From positions 4,764 through 68,763 of the forward strand of contig CAVWWE010000007.1 of NCBI GenBank assembly GCA_963758575.1: 64,000 nucleotides of DNA, in the 5' to 3' direction. Positions 1-8,952 of the stretch are shown piece after piece (position 1 is the first letter of the stretch; the number at the start of each line of letters is the position of its first letter). Position numbers and translations under genes: made by a program. This DNA comes from an uncultured Actinomycetes bacterium. GTDB taxonomy: Bacteria; Actinomycetota; Actinomycetes; Streptosporangiales; Streptosporangiaceae. Below the pieces are notes generated by a model. The model saw nothing but the letters and a program-made list of their open reading frames with translations. It searched no databases and was not told the origin of the DNA.

Positions 1-1
1 G

Positions 2-1180
2 GCCGAGCTGGAAGCGGAGATCCGGGCCAGCCTCAACGCGGCGGACGGCAAGGCCCGGAGCGCGGGCAGCCGCCTGGTCATGGTCGGCATCCTGCCCACG
101 CTCGGCGAGCAGGACGTGCACGAGGGCACGCTGTCCGCTAACGAGCGGTACAAGGTGCTGAACGAGCAGATCTTCGCGGCCCGCGGCGAGGACCTGCGGA
201 TCTCGATCGACGGCGCCGAGCAGTTGCTCACCCACGCGGGCAGCATCACCCCGGAAGCCGCCTGCACCAGTGTGCAGCTGCACGTCCAGGTCAGCCCGGA
301 GCTGTTCGCGAACTACTGGAACGCCGCGCAGGCCATCGCGGGCGCACAGGTCGCGCTGGCCGCCAACTCCCCCTACCTGTTCGGCCGGCAGCTCTGGCAA
401 GAGACCCGGATCATCCTGTTCGAGCAGGCCACCGACACCCGGCCGGATGAGCTCAAGCATCAGGGCGTGCGGCCCCGGGTGTGGTTCGGCGAGCGCTGGA
501 TCACCTCGGTGTTCGACCTGTTCGAGGAGAACCTGCGGTACTTCCCGGCGCTGCTGCCGATCTGCGAGGACGAAGATCCGGAGGCGGTGCTGGAGGGCGG
601 ACTGTGCCCGCAACTGCCCGAGATGAGCCTGCACAACGGGACCATCTACCGGTGGAACCGGCCGGTCTATGCGGTCGTCGGCGGCCGGCCGCACCTGCGG
701 GTGGAGAACCGGGTGCTGCCGGCCGGCCCGACCGTGGCCGACGTGGTGGCCAACTCGGCGTTCTACTACGGGCTGGTCCGCGCGCTGGCCGAGGCGCAGC
801 GGCCGGTGTGGACGCAGATGTCATTCGCCACCGCGGCCGAGAACCTCCGCGAGGCGGCACTCAGCGGCCTGGACGCCCGGCTGTACTGGCCGGGCCTGGG
901 CGAGGTGCCCGCCGCGGAACTGGTGCTCCGCCGCCTGCTGCCGCTGGCCCGCACCGGGCTGGCCCGGTGGGGCGTCAGCCCGGAACTCGCCGACCGGCTG
1001 CTCGGCATCATCCAGCAGCGCTGCCTGACCGGGCAGACCGGCTCGGCCTGGCAGGTCGCCGCGACCGGCGCGGCCGAGGCCCGCGGCGCGGACCGGGCCG
1101 AGGCGCTGCGGCTGATGACCCAGCGCTACATCGAGCAGATGCACACCAACGACCCGGTGCACACCTGGCCGCTGCCCTAA
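2..1180 (+). CDS. GCS2-type glutamate--cysteine ligase / carboxylate-amine ligase family protein, 5'-partial (starts left of window)
   Basis: Frame open from base 2 (AELEAEIRASLNAADGK precedes the listed Met at 80), stop at 1180. Strong GC3 bias. Motifs RVWFGERWITSVFDLFEENLRYFP and LHNGTIYRWNRP fit my recollection of GCS2/YbdK-like ligases. Confidence 0.65.
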   Translation, partial: AELEAEIRASLNAADGKARSAGSRLVMVGILPTLGEQDVHEGTLSANERYKVLNEQIFAARGEDLRISIDGAEQLLTHAGSITPEAACTSVQLHVQVSPELFANYWNAAQAIAGAQVALAANSPYLFGRQLWQETRIILFEQATDTRPDELKHQGVRPRVWFGERWITSVFDLFEENLRYFPALLPICEDEDPEAVLEGGLCPQLPEMSLHNGTIYRWNRPVYAVVGGRPHLRVENRVLPAGPTVADVVANSAFYYGLVRALAEAQRPVWTQMSFATAAENLREAALSGLDARLYWPGLGEVPAAELVLRRLLPLARTGLARWGVSPELADRLLGIIQQRCLTGQTGSAWQVAATGAAEARGADRAEALRLMTQRYIEQMHTNDPVHTWPLP

Positions 1181-1211
1181 CTGTCAGTAGACCTGGCTAC
1201 GCTCGGGACGC

Positions 1212-2123
1212 GTGACCGAATACCGGGCGTCGTTCGACGCCACCGTGCGGTTCAGCAATGGCGGCGACCTGGCCGTGCACGGGTTCCGGGTGGATCTACC
1301 CGGCCCGGACACCGACCAGGCCGGCATCGGTGCGCTGTTCGTGGCCTCGCTCGGCCTGCTGATGACGGAGACCGTCGAGCTGAGCAACGTCGAGGTGTTC
1401 GCCGAGCCGCACAAGGGCACCCGGGGCGGCCCAGCCGACCGGGCGGCCGTCGCCGGCCCAGCGGGCCGGCTGGTCGAGCTGAGCCATGTGATCCGGCCCG
1501 GCATGATCACCTACCCGGGGCTGCCCGCCCCGGCCATCACCCCGTTCCTGACCCGGGAAGCCTCCCGGGCCCAGTACGCGCCGGGCACCGAATTCGCCAT
1601 CGACCAGCTCACCATGGTCGGCAACACCGGGACCTACCTGGACGCCCCCTACCACCGCTTCGCTGACGGCGCCGACCTGGCCGCCATCCCGCTGCAGCGC
1701 ACGGCCGGCCTGCCCGCCGTGCTGATCAGGGTGACCGGTGCGCAGTCCCGGGGCATCGGCACCGGCGCGCTGGCCGCGGTGGACGTACGCGGGAAGGCGG
1801 TGCTGCTGCACACCGGGGACGACAGCCGGTTCGGCACCCCTGGCTACGCGGACGGCGCGCACTTCCTCACCGGGGCCGGCGCGGAGTGGCTGGCCGCCCA
1901 GGACGCGGCCCTGGTCGGCATCGACGCGATCAACATCGACGACACCGGCGACCGCGCCCGCCCGGCGCACACGGCGCTGCTCGCGGCCGGGATCCCGGTC
2001 GTCGAGCACCTGACCGGGCTGGATCAGCTGCCCCCGGCCGGGGCGTCCTTCACCGCCGTGCCGTTCCGCGTCGCGGGCCTGGGCACCATCCCGGTCCGCG
2101 CCTACGCCCAGCTCCCCGCATAA
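1212..2123 (+). CDS. putative cyclase / kynurenine-formamidase-family protein with extra ~90-aa N-terminal region
   Basis: GTG start. The C-terminal ~210 aa carry cyclase-family blocks (NTGTYLDAPYH, VLLHTGDD, GIDAINID, AHTALLAAGIPVVEHL). The N-terminal region is not recognisable. Confidence 0.7.
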   Translation: MTEYRASFDATVRFSNGGDLAVHGFRVDLPGPDTDQAGIGALFVASLGLLMTETVELSNVEVFAEPHKGTRGGPADRAAVAGPAGRLVELSHVIRPGMITYPGLPAPAITPFLTREASRAQYAPGTEFAIDQLTMVGNTGTYLDAPYHRFADGADLAAIPLQRTAGLPAVLIRVTGAQSRGIGTGALAAVDVRGKAVLLHTGDDSRFGTPGYADGAHFLTGAGAEWLAAQDAALVGIDAINIDDTGDRARPAHTALLAAGIPVVEHLTGLDQLPPAGASFTAVPFRVAGLGTIPVRAYAQLPA

Positions 2124-2139
2124 CCGCCCGTCCGCCGTT

Positions 2140-2189
2140 CGTGATCATGGCCGAGGTGGGGTTCTAGTACTACCTAGGCCATGATCACG
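2140..2189 (+). terminator. perfect 13-bp inverted repeat CGTGATCATGGCC / GGCCATGATCACG with 24-nt loop
   Basis: Read directly, 17 nt after the cyclase stop. No U-tract, which is common for actinomycete terminators. It also sits at the truncation boundary of the following pseudogene. Confidence 0.4.
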
Positions 2190-2213
2190 AGCTGGTGATA
2201 GGTACACCGCTAA

Positions 2214-3351
2214 GAGGCCGCCCACCAGTGGAACCTGCGTGGTTACGCCTACGTGTTCGCCGACCTGCGCGGCACCGGCGCCTCGTTCGGCACGCTTACC
2301 GCCGAGCTCGGCCAGGCCATGATCCGCGACGTCGGCTCGCTGGCCGACTGGATCGCCGCCCGGCCCTGGTCGAACGGGCGGGTCGGGGTGACCGGCGTGT
2401 CGTGTTCGGCCGACACCGCGATGCTGTCGCTGGCGCTGCGCAACCCGCACATCACCGCCGCCGCGCCGATCTCCTACGACTTCGACCCCTATGAGGACCT
2501 TGTCCGGCCGGGCGGCATCCTGGTCGGGCCGCGCATCGCGCCGTACGCCCTGCTGCTGAAGATCCTGGACAAGGCCGACGGCACCACGTGCGCGACCAGC
2601 GCCGCGACCAGGAGGATCTGCGCCCAGTTCGGGCTGGCCGGGGCCGAACCCGAGCCGGTGGACGGCCCGCACGGGCCGTCCCTGCTGGCCAAAGCGCGGG
2701 CCGAGCACTTCCACAACGCCAACCTGGTCCAGTTCGCCCGGGCCGCGCCATACCGCAATGACTCGGCCGGGCCGGAGAGCTGGACGGTGGCCAGCGTGGG
2801 CAGCAAGACCGCGGCCATCGGGGCGGGCGGCGTGCCGATCCTGACCTTCGCCGGCTGGCTCGACGCGGGCACGGCCAACGGCGTGCTGTCCCAGTTCACC
2901 AGCCTGCCCAACACCCAGCAGGCGTGGATCGGGCCGTGGAGCCACGGCCAGGGCTACATCGCTGACCCGTTCCAGCCCAGCCGGCCGCTCACCGCCGCCG
3001 AGCATCAGCAGCTGACCGGCCAGGTGTACGCCTTCTTCGACCAGTACGTGAAGCACGACGGCCGGCCGGACGGCCGCCGCCTGCTGCACTACTACACGGC
3101 GCAACCTGCGCACCCCGCGCACGTTCGCCAGCGGCAGCGCCGCACCGTTCCCGCTGCACCGTCCGGAGCAGATCACCTTCGACCTGCTGCCCACCTCGGT
3201 GCTGTTCCGCCCGGGTGACCGGATCCGGATCACCATCGCGGCCGCCGACCCCAGCTCGTTCCAGCTGCTCCCGCCGGACGGGCAGGCCAGCTATCTGATC
3301 GGGCACAGCACCGCCCAGCCGTCATTTGTTGAGCTACCCGTGGTCAGGTGA
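2214..3351 (+). pseudogene. CocE/NonD-family (S15 X-Pro dipeptidyl-peptidase-like) hydrolase remnant: N-terminus missing, frameshift near 3095-3100
   Basis: Homology begins abruptly at WNLRGYAYVFADLRGTGASFG (family block GYAvVxxDxRGTGxSxG) directly after a TAA at 2211. The C-terminal block FPLHRPEQITFDLLPTSVLFRPGDRIRITIAAAD continues in a different frame (frame 1 versus frame 0) to the stop at 3351. Confidence 0.7.
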
Positions 3352-3405
3352 GCCTGGTCCCCGCCGCTATGGTCGCCGGGCGGGTGGATGCGTACCGTCG
3401 CTTAG

Positions 3406-4587
3406 GTGTGGCATCTCCCGCTCGGCGACATCCGGGTCATCGATCTGACTATTGCGCGGGCCGGCCCGACCTGCGTGCGCCAGCTGGCTGACTGGGGGGC
3501 CGACGTCATCCGGGTGGAGCCGCCGCCCGGCCGGGCCTCGCCTGCCCGGGTCGACGACACCCGGCATGGCTGCGACTTCCAGAACCTGCACCGGAACAAG
3601 CGGTCGCTGACCCTGGATCTCAAGACACCCGACGGCCAGGACGTGCTGATGCGCCTGGTGGACACGGCGGACGTGCTGATCGAGAACATGCGCCCGCCGG
3701 TCAAGGACCGGCTCCGCTTCGGCTTCGATGCGGTGCACGCCAGGAACCCGCGGCTGGTCTACGGCTCGATCTCCGGGTTCGGCCAGGACGGGCCGTACGC
3801 GGCCCGCGGCGGCGTGGACCAGATCGCGCAGGGCATGGGCGGGCTGATGAGCGTGACCGGGCTGCCCGGCACCGGGCCGACCCGGGCCGGGATCCCGGTG
3901 TCCGACCTGGCGGCCGGCCTGTACCTGGCCATCGGCGTGCTGGTCGCGCTGCACGACCGGGAGCGCACCGGGACCGGGCGCTGGGTGCAGACCTCACTGC
4001 TTGAGTCGATGATCGCCATGATGGACTTCCAGGCCGCGCGGTGGACCATCGACCAGGAGGTGCCACCCCAGGCGGGCAACCACCACCCGATGAGCGTCCC
4101 GATGGGCTGTTTCGCGTCGGCTGACGGGTACCTGAATATCGGCGCTGCGGGCGGCCGGCTGCTGCACAATCTGTGCCAGGTGATCGGCCTGCCCGGGCTG
4201 CCGGACGACCCGCGCTTCGACACGCCGGCCAAGCGCTCGGCCAACCGGGGCGAGCTGAACGCGCTGGTGGCGGACCGGTTGCGGACTCGGACCACGGCCG
4301 AGTGGGTCGAGGCGCTGAACCAGGCCGGGGTGCCCTGCGGGCCGGTCTACCGGATGGACGAGGTGTTCGCCGACCCGCAGGTCAACCACCTGGGCATGAC
4401 CGCGCCGGTCGAGCACCCGGCGCTGGGACGGCTGGACATCGTGCGCAACGCGGTGCGGATGTCCGGTGGCCCGCCCACCGTCCGGGCGCCCAGCCCGGAA
4501 CGCGGCGGGCACAGCACCGAGGTGCTGGCCGAGCTGGGCTACCCGGCCGAGGAGATCAGACGGCTGCGCGAGCAAGGCGTGATCTGA
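3406..4587 (+). CDS. CoA-transferase family III (CaiB/BaiF-type) protein
   Basis: PLGDIRVIDLTIARAGPTCVRQLADWGADVIRVEPP at the N-terminus, plus GFGQDGPYA and GIPVSDLAAG blocks typical of family III CoA transferases. 393 aa. Confidence 0.85.
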   Translation: MWHLPLGDIRVIDLTIARAGPTCVRQLADWGADVIRVEPPPGRASPARVDDTRHGCDFQNLHRNKRSLTLDLKTPDGQDVLMRLVDTADVLIENMRPPVKDRLRFGFDAVHARNPRLVYGSISGFGQDGPYAARGGVDQIAQGMGGLMSVTGLPGTGPTRAGIPVSDLAAGLYLAIGVLVALHDRERTGTGRWVQTSLLESMIAMMDFQAARWTIDQEVPPQAGNHHPMSVPMGCFASADGYLNIGAAGGRLLHNLCQVIGLPGLPDDPRFDTPAKRSANRGELNALVADRLRTRTTAEWVEALNQAGVPCGPVYRMDEVFADPQVNHLGMTAPVEHPALGRLDIVRNAVRMSGGPPTVRAPSPERGGHSTEVLAELGYPAEEIRRLREQGVI

Positions 4588-4597
4588 GAGGACCTGG

Positions 4598-5398
4598 ATG
4601 AACTACCCCACCGGTACCGGCCAGCTGCTCGCGGAGCTGTCCGACGACATCGCCACCGTGACGTTCAACAACCCCGCGAAGCTGAACGCCATTACCCGCG
4701 AGATGCGGTCGGCTCTGCCCGGCCTGCTCGGCCGGCTGAACGAGGACGGGGACGTCCGGGTAGTGGTCATCACCGGCGCCGGGGACAAGGCATTCACGGC
4801 GGGCGCCGACATCTCCGAGTTCGGCGAGCAGCGCACGTCGCCAGAAGCCCGGGCCGAGTTCGACCGCGGCCAGGCGGCGGTCGCCGCTGCCTGGGCCAGC
4901 CTGGAGAAGCCGGTCATCGCCATGATCCGCGGCTTCTGCCTGGGCGGCGGGCTCAGCGTCGCGTTGCAGGCAGACATCAGGATCGCCGCCGAGGGCAGCC
5001 AGTTCGGCATCCCGGCCGCCCGGCTCGGGCTGGGCTTCGGCTTCGCCGGGGTGACCACGCTGATGACCCTGATCGGGCCGGCCTGGACGTCGGAGGTGCT
5101 GTTCTCGGCCCGCCGTTTCACCGCTGAGGAAGCGCTGCGGATGGGCCTGGTCAACCGGGTCGTCCCGGCCGAGCAGCTGGCCGAGGAGGTGCACGACCTG
5201 GCCCGGGCCATCGCGCAGAACGCGCCGCTCACCGTGGCCGCCTGCAAGGCGGCCATCGGCCAGGCGGCGCAGGCCCCTGGGCAGCCCGCAACCCCGCGGG
5301 TCCAGGCGATGAGCGAGGCCTGTTTCCAGTCCGCCGATTACCGTGAGGGCCAGCGCGCCTTCGCGGAGAAGCGCCCGCCCGCGTTCACCGGCCGCTGA
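4598..5398 (+). CDS. enoyl-CoA hydratase/isomerase (crotonase) family protein
   Basis: VTFNNPAKLNAIT, VVVITGAGDKAFTAGADISEF and IAMIRGFCLGGGLSVAL (oxyanion-hole blocks). 10 nt after the CoA-transferase stop, so probably one operon. Confidence 0.85.
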   Translation: MNYPTGTGQLLAELSDDIATVTFNNPAKLNAITREMRSALPGLLGRLNEDGDVRVVVITGAGDKAFTAGADISEFGEQRTSPEARAEFDRGQAAVAAAWASLEKPVIAMIRGFCLGGGLSVALQADIRIAAEGSQFGIPAARLGLGFGFAGVTTLMTLIGPAWTSEVLFSARRFTAEEALRMGLVNRVVPAEQLAEEVHDLARAIAQNAPLTVAACKAAIGQAAQAPGQPATPRVQAMSEACFQSADYREGQRAFAEKRPPAFTGR

Positions 5399-5404
5399 CC
5401 AGTA

Positions 5405-5599
5405 CTAGTCCTGGGGGCGCAGCTCGTCTTCCTGGCCGGCCGGGTCCGGGCCGCCGAGGTCATCCCGCTGGCCTGCCGGGTCCGGTCCGCCCAGTTCGTC
5501 CTCCGGGCCGGCGTCTGTGCCCAGCTCGTTTTCCGGGCCGGTGTCCGGTCCGCCCAGCTCGTCTTCTGGCCCGTGGTCCGGGCCGCCAAACACACTCAT
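5405..5599 (-). CDS. small (64 aa) highly acidic tandem-repeat protein, unknown function
   Basis: ATG at 5599 preceded by GGGGGAGG 5 nt upstream. The product MSVFGGPDHGPEDELGGPDTGPENELGTDAGPEDELGGPDPAGQRDDLGGPDPAGQEDELRPQD consists of five GGPDxGPEDEL-like units. The longer listed ORF start at 5656 lacks an RBS. Confidence 0.45.
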   Translation of the reverse strand: MSVFGGPDHGPEDELGGPDTGPENELGTDAGPEDELGGPDPAGQRDDLGGPDPAGQEDELRPQD

Positions 5600-6088
5600 C
5601 TGACCTCCCCCGAGGTGGTGGCGTGTGCCTACGGTGCACTCCTTTCCCGTTGCCACCAGTGCCGAACCGGGCCAGCCCGGGCCAAATGGGTACCCGGATT
5701 AACGATGCGGGATCCGCGCCCCGTGAGTGAGCCTGTGACCAGCGCACAGGGAGTATCGCTGGGGAGCCTGTGGGCCGTCCCCGTGGTCCGGTGCAGTTGG
5801 GGGCCCGCCGCAGACCACGGGGGCATCCAGCGCTCTGACCAGCCCATGGCCAGCCGTTCCCGCCCGGTGTGGTCAATGTGGCGGAAATGGGTCAGCTGTG
5901 CGCCGGAACATCCCTGAGTTTGGCCGATGGGTGATAATTGCCGGTTATCCAGGCAAGACACCAATCGGCAGGTGACAATGTCGCCAGGGATCGCCCGCCA
6001 TAACGCACGGAGGTGTGGCGACTGGTGAGGTTGGTAATGGGGATGATCAACGGGGCGCCACGTCTATTGGCCCGCCGGGGGCGCGGCC

Positions 6089-8948
6089 ATGCGGGGACGT
6101 GATCGCGAGCAGGAAATCGCCCTCGGATTTGTCCGCGACGGTGCCAGCCGTCACGGCGGGGTCCTGCTCATCGAAGGCGAACCAGGCATCGGCAAATCGG
6201 GGTTGCTCCGGACCGCCGTCGATGAGGCGGCCCGGCGGGGGTTCTCCCTCGTCGCGGCGGCCGCGGACGAGCTGGGCCGGGCGGTGCCGTTCGCCCCGCT
6301 GCTGTCGGCACTGCACGGATCGTTCGGGCCGCCGCCGCCCGAGGCCGGCCACGCCGACCCGGCGGAGGCGGGCTCGACCGACCCGGCGGAGGCGGGCATC
6401 TGGCCGGTGGACAAATTCCGCGTTCTGCTGGAACAGCGCGCCGGGGATCATCCGGTGCTGGTCAGCCTCGATGACCTGCACTGGGCCGATCGGGCCACGC
6501 TGGCCGCGCTCCGTGTGCTGCCCAGCCAGCTGGCCGCCTATCCGGTGGTCTGGCAGCTGGCCCGGAGCACCGCGGCGCCGGGCAACGGGGCCGAGCTGCT
6601 GTTCGACCTGCTGGAGCAGGACGGGGCGGACCGGGTCACGCTCGGCCCGCTCAGCGACGACGCGGTCGCCGGGGTCGTCGCGGACATGCTGCACGCGAAG
6701 CCGGATGCCGGGCTGACCGAACTGTCCGCCGGGGCCGGGGGCAATCCGTACCTGCTGGTGGAGCTCTTAACTGGGCTCCGCGAAGAAGACACCATCCAGG
6801 TCGCCCGGGGGCGGGCCACGCTGGTCTCGGCCCGGCTGCCGGACCGGGTCCAGCGGGCCGTGCGGGCCTGGCTCGGCGGCCGCAGCAGCCGGGTCCGGCC
6901 GCTGCTGGAGACCGCGGCCGTGCTCGGCCGGTCGTTCCGGCTCGAGGACGTGGCCGAGATGCTGGGCGAGGCGCCAGCAGCGCTGCTTCCGCTGCTGAAC
7001 GAGGCGCTGCAGGCGAGCCTGCTGGCGGCCGGGACGGACGACTTCAGCTTCCGGCACGGCCTGGTGTGGCAGGCCATTACCGAGTCCGTGCCGCTGCCCG
7101 CCCGGCTGGCTCTGCACCGCCAGTTTGGCGGCATGCTGCTGGCCCGCGGCGGCTCGGCCGTGGCTGCGGGTGCGCACCTGCTGGCCAGCGCCCGGCCCGG
7201 CGACACGGCGGCCGTCGATGGCCTGGACCAGGCCGCGGCGGAAGCGCTTGGCGCCGCCCCCGCGACCGCCGCCGACCTGGCCGTGCGGGCGCTGGAGCTG
7301 ACCGCGCCCGCGGACCCGGCCCGGATGCAGCGGTCTGCCCGGGCGGCCGAGTCGCTGGCCGCGGCGGGCCGCCTGGCCGACGCCGGGAACATCGCCCGGG
7401 TGGCCCTGGCCCAGCCGCTGCCGGCCGCTGCCGCGGCCCCGCTGCGCTGCGCCATGTCCGCCATCCTGGCCGCGGACGGCCACCCAGATCAGGCCGACGC
7501 GATGGCCGAGTCGGTGCTGGCCACACCGGGGCTGACGAGCCGGCTCCGCGACGAGGCGTTGATCACCCAGTTGCGCGCGCGGGCCGTGCTGGGCGACACC
7601 ATCAGGTCCCGGTCCCTGGCCGAGGCCATCCTGGCCGCCCCGGATCAGCACAGCGTGGCCGCCGTGGCCGGCGCGGAACTGGTGCTGGCCGCCATCAGCT
7701 GGGAGGACGGCTGGGCCAGCCGGGGCCTCGGGCACGCCCGCAGCGCGGTCCGCCGGATCAGCGGGATCTCGCCGGACGCGCGGCACTTCCAGCCGCTGCT
7801 CACCCTGGCCGCGATGCTGGTCGACCTGCGCATGCTGGACGAGGCGTCGGCTGTCATCCAGGCCGCGGCCGGCGACGGCCAGGCACTGCGGTCGAGCGGC
7901 ACGGAACCGGTGCCCGGCATCCTGCGCGCCCGGGCCGACCTGGCCCTGGGACGGACCGATGCCGCCGCGGCCGGGGCGGAGACAGCGCTCCGCACCGCCC
8001 GCGCGCAGAACCTGCCGCTGCACTGCTCAGTGGCGCTGAGCGTGCTGGGTACGGTGGCGATGCGCCGCGGCGACCTGCGGGCCGCAGCCGGCCACCTGCG
8101 CACCCGGCGGAGCTATCCGCAGCGCCGGCTGGTATGCGCGGACCGCGACGCTGCTGGCCGAGGCGCAGGTCACCGAGGCCGCTTCCGGGGCGGCCGCAGC
8201 CATGGCGCTGGCCGGCCCGATCTACCGTGAGCTGCCCGGCCGCCGCTCGGTGCTGATCGGCGAGCCCACCGCGCCGGCCTGGCTGGCCCGCACCGCGCTG
8301 GCCGCGGGCGAGCGGCAGCGCGCCGCCGACGTGGCCTGGATCGCCGATGAGATCGCCCGGCTCAACCCGGTGCTCAAGATTGCCGCGACCGCCGCGGTGC
8401 ATTGCCGCGGCATCGTCAGCCGCGACCCGGCCCGGCTGGCCCAGGCCGCGGCCGAGCACCCGGACCCGTGGGCCCGGGCGTCGGCCGCCGAGGACCTGGC
8501 CACGCTGCTGGCCGCGGACGGCGACCAGGCGGGCAGCATCAGGCAGCTGGACCAGGCAGCCGGTGGCTACGGCCAGGCCAGCGCCACCCGCGACATGGCC
8601 CGGGTGCGCCGCCGCCTGCGCAGGCTCGGGGTGCGCCGCCGGCACTGGGCTCCCGGCGGCGGGCCGGGCACCGGGTGGGACAGCCTGACCGAGACCGAGC
8701 GGGCCATCACCGCCCTGGTCTCTGAGGGGCTGAGCAACCAGCAGGTGGCGGAGCAGATGTACCTGAGCGTGCACACCGTGGCCGCGCACCTGCGGCAGAT
8801 CTTCCGCAAGCTCGGCATCGGCTCCCGGGTCGAGCTGACCAGGCTGGCCATCGAGGATGGGCAGCGCCGGGAGCACGGGCACCCGGCGCCGCCCAGCTGG
8901 CGGCCGCGGCCCGGCCGCCAGCATCACCCGCGCCGCGATCGCGGCTAG
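6089..8948 (+). pseudogene. large ATP-binding LuxR-family (LAL/MalT-like) regulator, frame broken near 8105-8130
   Basis: N-terminal P-loop (LLIEGEPGIGKSGLL) and Walker B (VLVSLDDLHWAD), long Ala/Leu-rich TPR-like middle, C-terminal LuxR HTH (LTETERAITALVSEGLSNQQVAEQMYLSVHTVAAHLRQIFRKLGI). The two halves are ORFs 6089..8230 (frame 2) and 8202..8948 (frame 0). Frame 0 already reads sensibly from about 8130 (WYARTATLLAEAQVTEA). Confidence 0.8.
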
Positions 8949-8952
8949 CAGG

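Noticed and set aside
6089-8948. Calling the window a secondary-metabolite gene cluster because it holds a LAL-type LuxR regulator and a SARP regulator.
   Set aside because: No PKS, NRPS, terpene, RiPP-maturase or other core biosynthetic gene is present anywhere in the 64 kb. The regulators are 36 kb apart and surrounded by primary or accessory metabolism.
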